The position numbers were made by a program, and so were the translations under genes. Under the pieces are notes generated by a model. That model made no database searches. It was not told the origin of the DNA and worked only from the letters and a program-made list of their open reading frames with translations. From Ginkgo biloba (Eukaryota > Plantae > Ginkgophyta), in assembly GCA_024626585.2 (NCBI GenBank), contig JANKJI020000001.1:11524736-11556278 (forward strand): a stretch of 31,543 nt of DNA, written 5' to 3'. Positions 1 through 8,100 of this stretch are shown here, piece after piece. Every line of letters begins with the position of its first letter. Within the stretch, counting starts at the first letter, position 1.

Positions 1-28
1 TGCCCCAACTCCTACAAGAGTCTTCCTA

Positions 29-600
29 TTATGGAAGCAATAGCATAACTAAACCAGGTGCATCTCTCTGTTTCCTCCTTGTTTTCCACTGATCTGCTCC
101 ACTGTTGCCAGTGAAAGTGTATCTGCGAGTCAGAGTGTCTAAATTCCGATATGTTTGAAGATACATATGCCCGAGGAAAGTATTTTACATAATTGTTTAA
201 GCTGAATCCTCTAAGTAAAGTCAGTGAATCAAAACAAATAAGAAACCTCGCTTGCATCTTAAATGTTCCTGTCAAGGTATTTTAAGAGGGTTTATAGCAT
301 TAGAAGGTCTCAAATTTCCTGTCATAACTTGGTCTAAAACTAACGCAAAGTGGAATTGCGCACAATACATCAAATGACTGAAGTGCTGCGACATCAATCC
401 ACATTCTCAAAGATCTAGAATAAACAGTAGAGCATCAGACAACAAGCGCATCAGCGAACTACCCTAACAAAAACGCAAGGACCATGCAATCTCTGATAAG
501 GACAATAGAAATAATCACTGTTCCATTCATGGCCACAGCGATGAAAAAGACAACTCTTAAGATAGATCTGGACAACCGACGAAGTGGTTTGGTCGTGTGG
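29..600 (-). other. Possible 5' end (spliced leader exons) of a divergently transcribed gene
   Basis: CpG-retaining segment at ~340-690. On the minus strand: donor GG|GTAGTT at 462, acceptor GACAG ending at 269, 22-nt exon 268-247 ending GAG|GTTTCT, and acceptor CGCAG ending at 123. No product recognised. Confidence 0.3.
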
Positions 601-688
601 TTAGGCCGTGGCATTTGCCAGCAAGTAGTCAATGCCCGTCAAGTCAAACCCAATATAGGTCGTACACCAAGCATGGACTGTAACCGGG

Positions 689-817
689 TACAGGGAACTG
701 GGGCCTCAAGAACTTACAGAGCTTAGCTTACCATACTCCCATTTTCTCTACTGTTTTGGATACAGGAAACTGGGGTCTCAATTATTTACAGAGGTCACCT
801 TACCATAGTTCCATTTT
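689..817 (+). repeat. Tandem duplication, 72-bp period, 2 copies
   Basis: tacagggaactggggcctcaag...ttaccatactcccatttt (689) vs tacaggaaactggggtctcaat...ttaccatagttccatttt (761). Confidence 0.85.
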
Positions 818-1692
818 TTGCTTTTCCTTCCATTATGAAATTCCTTTTTTCACAAGCCTTATTTGAACTCTTAATATATAGTTAGTATTTTAACTATGGC
901 TTTTTCATAAAGACTCTTTTAAACAATCTAGAATGTCTTAGAAATCGTATTTTAAGATGCATCTAATAAGGTTGATTTGAAGTCAATATAAGAACCATCG
1001 AATTTGGACAAATCCTAAGAAAGTCAAAGAAGTAATATTGGTTAGGGTAAACTCTGTTTATATTTTTTAAATGGACCTAGAAACTCTATTAGTTGACATA
1101 ATTTATTGTCTCATAGAAAATATATAATGATTTCTTGTGAAAATGCTTGTTAGAAGGAAAATGATGTATAATATAGATTATTGAATATACTTTTAAAATT
1201 GTTTTCCAACATTTTTTTATATATTAAAATAATATACTCCTTTACCTCCAAGTTAATTAATTTGAGATTCATAGAGGGCTTCTAATTTTCTTTGAATATA
1301 AGCCATTATAAATGCTGTGGGTTGTTAAGCGTGTGTTTTAATTGGCTTGCATATTTCATTCAACACAACCTTTGAGTACAAGTATGAGCATAAGAGGAAA
1401 TTGTGGCCCATATGATTCTCATCGTCCCTCTTCTCCAACTCCATACAGACTATGACAACAATCTCTCTAAGATCACTGCATTGATCATAAGAGAGGAAGA
1501 ATAAGAACAATGGAGAATAATGTTATGAGGGAAAAGGGACATATCATGTAATGGATGGAGTCCAAATATCACGTGGGAAGTACCAAGTAGTAGTTATTGA
1601 AACTAATGTTTTCTTTGGGAGAAAATACAAGAGAACTCGTTGACACCACTTTTTCATATCAAAATTCATTTTTCTTTTTTGTGAGTCCTATT

Positions 1693-1732
1693 TTCTTATC
1701 TACAATAGATGGTTCTTATCTACAATGGATGG
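1693..1732 (+). repeat. 20-bp tandem duplication
   Basis: ttcttatctacaatagatgg / ttcttatctacaatggatgg (1 mismatch). Confidence 0.9.
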
Positions 1733-1972
1733 GAACATAAACTAAATGATTTATAATTTATATGTTTGATGCATGATTTTTTCTTGTTTAGTAATAAACC
1801 TCTTATAATAGCTTCTTGTAAGAAAAAAACTTTTAAATTCACATACATATCACTAATCACCAACGAATCACTAAACGTAGTCTTAATTTTTCAAAAAGGA
1901 ATGGCCACGTGGCTCTTGTTTTACTTTAATATGGTAAGGCAATGGAAAGCATCAAGTCGTGGACAAATGTCA

Positions 1973-2047
1973 ATCTTTGATCCAAGAAAACACATGTCCT
2001 TTTAATTGCCCATCTTTGATGCATGAAAACACGTCCTTTTAATTCCC
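1973..2047 (+). repeat. ~39-bp tandem duplication in the murA promoter
   Basis: atctttgatccaagaaaacacatgtccttttaattgccc / atctttgatgcatgaaaacacgtccttttaattccc. Confidence 0.85.
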
Positions 2048-2299
2048 TAAATGAACACGTGTGGATCGTGGAACTTGAGGAGATTACCATAGCCGATTTT
2101 GATGAAATCCTTGTGTCTGATATAACTCTGAACATATAATATTGACCTTAATTCGCATACTTCCTTGCCTTCACGTTCCGATGGACCCAACTTTCGTGGA
2201 CAAGATCCAAGCTCTCGGAGATGTACTGTCCAACCCAGATTTTCTCTTAAGTCATGCATTGGATAAGGATGCAGGAATGAAGTTTTATTGTTGCTTCTG

Positions 2300-2341
2300 T
2301 TGCTAATCAAAATTTGAAGCTTTCAATTGACACATGTACAG
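2300..2341 (+). other. Probable branch point and 3' splice acceptor just upstream of the murA ATG (5'UTR intron, or an unseen upstream exon)
   Basis: GCTAAT branch-like motif at ~2302-2307, T-rich context, TACAG ending at 2341, then AGAGAG ATG. Confidence 0.5.
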
Positions 2342-2347
2342 AGAGAG

Positions 2348-3030
2348 ATGTCATTCCATGCATTGGCCTATGTATGCTATTCAAACCATATCAATATACT
2401 GGGGCAATGTACCTTACCTAAAGGTTTCCAATCTGGGTTTTATCATGCCAAGTCCATTTGGAAAGCTTACAGTCAAAAGACCAGAAACCGCACACAACCC
2501 ACAAGTATTGTGGCAACCATTCTCAAATCTGTCGATATAAAAGATCCATCAGACCATTCTTCAGATCAGAGCACTGATGCTGATGCAAAACCTCCTCCAA
2601 GGGTTTTGGCCAATGACAGATTTGTGGTGTCTGGTGGAACCACATTGTCTGGACATGTACATATAAGCGGTGCTAAGAACTCGGCATTGGCAGTTTTAGC
2701 AGGGGCCTTGTGTTCAACTGGGATATCGACGTTGCAGATGATTCCAGATCTTCATGATACCAGAATGATGATGCAAATCCTTCGTTCTATTGGGGTTGAA
2801 GTGCATCGATCTGGTCCTGAAGTGGTAGTCAATGCAGATAATATTAAGTGTGTGGAGCCTTGTTCAGAAGCAGTCAGGAAGCTGAGGGCTAGTTTTTTTG
2901 TTATTGGTCCTTTGCTTGCTCGGCATGGTAAGACAGAAGTTGCTCTTCCTGGAGGTTGTAATATTGGAGCACGTCCCATTGATCTGCATTCGAGAGGACT
3001 CCAAGCACTCAGTGCTCGAGTTGAGATTAG
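2348..3030 (+). CDS. murA: First visible coding exon of a nuclear-encoded, probably plastid-targeted MurA (UDP-N-acetylglucosamine 1-carboxyvinyltransferase); 3' exons not found in window
   Basis: Uninterrupted frame from ATG 2348 with MurA motifs: DRFVVSGGTTLSGHVHISGAKNSALAVLAGAL (Lys at 2675-2677, equivalent to E. coli K22), VRKLRASFFVIGPLLARHG (R91 region) and LPGGCNIGARPIDLH (Cys at 2957-2959, equivalent to C115; R120). Homology stops exactly at ATTAG|GTCAGT (phase-2 donor at 3031); read-through residues to the stop at 3058 are non-homologous. No acidic residue in the first 62 aa. Confidence 0.95.
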
Positions 3031-3036
3031 GTCAGT
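3031..3036 (+). other. 5' splice donor of the murA intron
   Basis: AG|GTCAGT coincides with the loss of MurA homology after ...ARVEIR and is followed by T-rich sequence. Confidence 0.85.
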
Positions 3037-3109
3037 TTCTGCAAACATATTTACATAGTATTTATTTTTTGGAGTAAGTTTTGCAGATTGGAGGTCGGGA
3101 TGGATGGGT

Positions 3110-4445
3110 TGATTTACATTTTTGGGGTGCTAATTGATGATGTTAGCAAACGAAAAACAATCACCATAAGTTTGAGCTTCCCAAGGTGATTGAGGTCCAA
3201 GTTCCCTATTGCTATCATACACACCTAGTACAGAAATGTAAGTTCCTGTATGTCTCTGTGTTTGTGGAAACCGCAATTCCCCTTATCTGGTTCATCCTCA
3301 TTTGGCATCAGGGCTGATTGGTTCCTCCTCCTTGGATTCGGGGCTCATGTTTCATGTGTTTGTTACCTTCTAGAGTACACATACTTGCATATTCTCTTCT
3401 TTTGCGTTCTAAATTGTAGTTTTGAATCTCGATGCTGTTCTGTATAGTAAATAGGGTTGGGTAAGTACCCAAGCCTCGGCATTAGGGCTTGTGTTGTTAT
3501 GTGCCTATTTCCTTTTGCAGCTCAGAAACCTGCATGGTCTTTTACTTAATGAAGTTTTAAGTCTATGCAGTATAGATGTTCAAGTATTAAAAAGGGTTGC
3601 ATTATATGGGCACTAATGGGTAATGCAAAATGAAGAAGAAAAGGAACCTTGAGATAATAGAGGCCAGCTTCTAGTTCTTGCCAAGATTATAGAGAACATG
3701 TTTCAGTTCTCAGATACATCCAACTTTGCTGTTAAAGCTTACAAGTTACTGCATATGATCTTATGTGCCTAATAGCCTATTGCTATTTCAATCATAAAAC
3801 CTTGTATGTTTTTCTATTTACATTATAAATTGTAGTTAAGTAGTATTTTGCAGTTTATGGGCCAGGTGAACAAGTTTAAACATAGTTCACATTTCCTTGG
3901 CAATGCAAAAAGAAGAACAAGAAAAACTGCATGTTAAAGCTTGCCAAGGTGATAGAAGCCTCCTTCGGCATTAGGGCATATGTTACGTGCCTATATCATT
4001 TTCTAGCACATAATCCAAAAACTTTGTGTGTTTTACAATGCAAATGGTGGCGTAATGCTATTCTAGGGGTCATATATCAGATGGTTAAATACTAACATAC
4101 TTTACATTTCTTGGGCACTAACTGGTTATTCGGGAAAACCAAAAGCAAACTGTCTCTCAGCTCTAGCTCCCAAGGCAATTGAAGCCCTGTTCCTATGACT
4201 TTAGGGCCTATACCTATTCTCTTTTTGTGGCATATAAACGTGGGTTTCTTGTAGCATTGTGCATAATAGTTTAATTTTGTTTTGGGGTACTAATGAATAA
4301 CACAAAAAAGGAAAGAAAATAGGAACCATAGTAAGTTTGGGCCTGCCAAGGTGATAGAGGTGAGGTTCCTTGTCAAATACATTGATCACTAGTGCTAGGA
4401 CGAATTTTATTGTGTGCCTATTGCATTCTACAACATACAAGTCTG
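3110..4445 (+). repeat. Degenerate tandem repeat (~175-290-bp units, ~6 copies) at the start of the murA intron
   Basis: Recurring anchor ccaagg(t/c)gat(a/t)ga or a variant at 3181, 3469, 3681, 3944, 4170 and 4346. Other recurring blocks: cggcattagggc (~3477, ~3966), gtgccta (~3501, ~3765, ~3987, ~4414) and ggg(c/t)actaa (~3608, ~4113, ~4286). Confidence 0.75.
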
Positions 4446-5034
4446 TATTTCTTCTAATTAGTTGGAACTTGTATTTCAGTGGTGTTTTGAGGGTTTACAT
4501 TCTAGATGACCAAGCCGAGATCCTTTTGTCCTACAGTATTACTTTATTCTAACACATTATTTTCTTCAGTTTTAGGCCAATAGTTTATTCGTGATGACAA
4601 AATATTTATGTGGTGAGATACTGCATTTTAGAAGCAGTTCATGCATTACACCCTCCAATATTTTGTTATTCTAGCATATCTCTTTTCTAGGCCAGAGTTG
4701 GTTTCTCATTTTTATAGATATTCATGAGCCAACTTTGGTAATTTTAGAACTGTTTCTGCATTTTTTGGGCTGTAGCACTATGTTGTGTCAAATGTTTGTG
4801 CCAAACATGGCACGTGCACCTCTCATCTATCATATCTAATGGAACTTCCCTTATACCATGTGTGAGTGCTTCCACAAACTTAAATAAAAATATTGCCTTA
4901 ATAAGTTTAGGTCAAGGAATTATTTATTGTCATGGGCCACACTATTATCCATCATTAGACCCATATTAGACCTCATATCCTTGGGACACAACACTGTTTT
5001 TTGTAAGACTTTGGGTAACTATAAGATTCATGAC

Positions 5035-5105
5035 TATGTGCAGGTTGGTCAGGAGCATCTTGTATGCAGGTTGAAGAAAGCTCTATATGGGCTTAAGCAG
5101 GCACC
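5035..5105 (+). mobile_element. Ty1/copia reverse transcriptase fragment running into a gap
   Basis: YVQVGQEHLVCRLKKALYGLKQA(P), the canonical copia RT motif VCxLxKxLYGLKQAP. Confidence 0.85.
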
Positions 5106-8100
5106 NNNNNNNNNNNNNNNNNNNNNNNNNNNNNNNNNNNNNNNNNNNNNNNNNNNNNNNNNNNNNNNNNNNNNNNNNNNNNNNNNNNNNNNNNNNNNNN
5201 NNNNNTAATGAATAAGAATCCATCAAACTCCTTGAGGAAATAGAAAAATAAATATTATCAATAGGAATCCCAAAATAAGATTCAAATAAAGGACTCAAAT
5301 CATGGTACCCTATTTTTTTTTCAGAAAATAAAAAGGGTGAATAGACAATGCCTATGAATAAGAGAATAATTACTATAGAAGGAAGTACATATTGAGGAAA
5401 CATAAGGAATAAAATAGAGTCATAATAAAATATTTATTCATTAAAACAAGATACACATAAAGGAGATGGTGGTGAAAATCCACCAAAAAGAGACAAAAAC
5501 TAGACAATCCTCATGATATTGATAAAGTGAATTTCCAAGACGAAATAAATGAACAATCATAAGAAAGTGCATAATCGTAAGCTATTGCACAATGACAAGA
5601 AGATGCATAACCATAAGTGAAAGTGTAAGAAAAAACACCATAGAAAAACATTATGATAAATGAATATGGTACTACATAGGTACAAGAGTAGGAAGAATAA
5701 TAACATCCATCAATAAGGAATAATGCACCACAAGAGGAAGAGGTTATAATGATTTCTAATTATGCAATAGAATAGGTGCATGTATTGGTGCAGCCTAAAT
5801 TTAAGGAAATTAAAGATTCTAAAGTGATTAACTCGATGGTTTTTACACCACTAAAGCATAATGCACACATCAATTTTGATGAAAAAGAGTTCGTAAAACT
5901 AAAGATGATAGTTACTAGGGTGTAAGAGGGGACTCACAAGAAAAAGAAGTTTTGGATTATGACTTAGAGCTTCAATAAATTGAACTTTGACAAAAAATGA
6001 TGACACATTCATGAGTCAAAAACTTGAATAAAAGAGTTTCCAAAATTATTAATATAAAATTGGACCAATACAAAACTAAGTTTTAAGATCTTAAAAATAG
6101 TTTGGATCTCAAGAGGATTTATGTACAGAGGAGGAGATGTCATCTCTAGAGGATGTGTCTCGGGAGGGAAGCCTAGAGGTGACTCAATCTTCTTTAGAGA
6201 TGTTGTCAGCTCAGGCCACACTGAATGATGGTTTATTAGGGTTAGATCAAGGTTCTTAGGGAACTTTTGAGGTGCAAATTGATGATGCTTATTTGATAAG
6301 TTCTTAACAAACAATGCCACTTACGACTCCATGTTCAATCTAAGTTGAGAGGGGCAAGTCATGGAATTAGAAGTCTCAAGATGTTCACCAAAGGATCGTG
6401 CCATTACTGTTATAAAACTCACATCTGTAGAAGATATAAGGGAATCTATTTGAACTATAATAATAATGACTACTCTCATGATTCTTAGATTCTAATGAAT
6501 GATAGGACTAGGAGGTCGTCTAACAACTATTGGGTTAACAATTGCTTCCAATATCAGTTATCTATTGAAGAAAATCCACCTTTTCCCTCAATGCTATAAG
6601 ATCCTAACAATCCATGTCATGGATCTACCTAGTATGGGTGATAATAAAAAATATTACCATGTTGTGGGCACACAATGCACGTCATTTGTCTTAAATTATA
6701 ATGGAAGTTGTTGAGGCTCCACATTTTTATGGGAGAATATATCATGTCATTGATATATGAGATAATGGCAAGCCTCTACGTGTTAATAATTTTTGCATAC
6801 AACTTCTATTTCAATTATTATGTGTGGTTGTTTGGTGTCATCTATAATGGGTTTCAAACATTTCACNNNNNNNNNNGTCAAAGTGCATCAACAAAAAATA
6901 TCAATTTTAAGGTAAATTTGAGCTCAACTATATTCTTTGGAAAAAGTGATGGATAATCATGCATCGCAATGTGAGTGTCTACGATCATTAGTGGTTACTA
7001 AGCTAGATGCACTTTATAATGAGTAATTTAATGAGAAGCATACGTGTGTGGATCCTCATCAGTACCATAAGCTATACTATAAAAGACCTTGTAGAAGTTG
7101 TTTGTGGGATACTTTTTTACATAATTTGTGTCCTTTGCATATTGGTATACTTTGGTGCACAAATACCTAACAAGGGTGATTAATTATCCATCACAGAATA
7201 ACTATAAAATAAGAATTGTCACCATGTTTATGGGCATATTTCCCATCCTTTTTTGGGATAACGTGTAGGTTGTTGAGGCTCTACAATCATATTAAGATAC
7301 ACATTGTATTAGTTAGATGTTAATCAAATAATGGTAATTCTCTAAATGTCAATGAAATTTTAGCTAATGGATTGAGATGATCATCCCAAATTCCAATCCA
7401 TGCATAGGACATCCATCCTAATTATTATTTGTTGATTTAGTATAAATTATATTAGGTTTCCATAGACTTGTCATGTATGGACAAAAACCTTAATTTCTAG
7501 ACAACTATGAGTTTGGTTGTCTTTTTTATAATTCCATTATTTCAACATCATACAACACTATGTGAGTGCTNNNNNNNNNNNNNNNNNNNNNNNNNNNNNN
7601 NNNNNNNNNNNNNNNNNNNNNNNNNNNNNNNNNNNNNNNNNNNNNNNNNNNNNNNNNNNNNNNNNNNNNNNNNNNNNNNNNNNNNNNNNNNNNNNNNNNN
7701 NNNNNNNNNNNNNNNNNNNNNNNNNNNNNNNNNNNNNNNNNNNNNNNNNNNNNNNNNNNNNNNNNNNNNNNNNNNNNNNNNNNNNNNNNNNNNNNNNNNN
7801 NNNNNNNNNNNNNNNNNNNNNNNNNNNNNNNNNNNNNNNNNNNNNNNNNNNNNNNNNNNNNNNNNNNNNNNNNNNNNNNNNNNNNNNNNNNNNNNNNNNN
7901 NNNNNNNNNNNNNNNNNNNNNNNNNNNNNNNNNNNNNNNNNNNNNNNNNNNNNNNNNNNNNNNNNNNNNNNNNNNNNNNNNNNNNNNNNNNNNNNNNNNN
8001 NNNNNNNNNNNNNNNNNNNNNNNNNNNNNNNNNNNNNNNNNNNNNNNNNNNNNNNNNNNNNNNNNNNNNNNNNNNNNNNNNNNNNNNNNNNNNNNNNNNN

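Larger units (their letters stand above)
1570..2061. promoter_or_regulatory. G-box cluster in the putative murA promoter
   Basis: CACGTG at 1570-1575, perfect palindrome GCCACGTGGC at 1904-1913, CACGTG at 2056-2061, plus CACGTC at 2030-2035; these CpG-containing motifs persist in a CpG-poor background. Confidence 0.5.

Noticed and set aside
484-726. 80-aa plus-strand ORF
   Set aside because: No recognisable homology; better explained as promoter or UTR sequence of a minus-strand gene.
2615-3030. EPSP synthase (AroA), which shares the fold
   Set aside because: GAKN, RAS and PGGCxIGxRP are MurA-specific; the EPSPS motifs PGSKS and GNAGTAMR are absent.
2752-3048. Antisense 98-aa ORF (and antisense ORFs at 28034-28592)
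   Set aside because: These are shadows of real coding sequence on the opposite strand.
2327-3058. The 243-aa ORF as a complete gene, or as bacterial contamination
   Set aside because: It begins at a non-ATG codon upstream of a likely acceptor and reads through the donor at 3031. It covers only about a third of the MurA catalytic region, has a presequence, and lacks operon context.
5206-7570. Probable TE-derived sequence (Helitron, MULE or LTR internal)
   Set aside because: No motif could be assigned with confidence.
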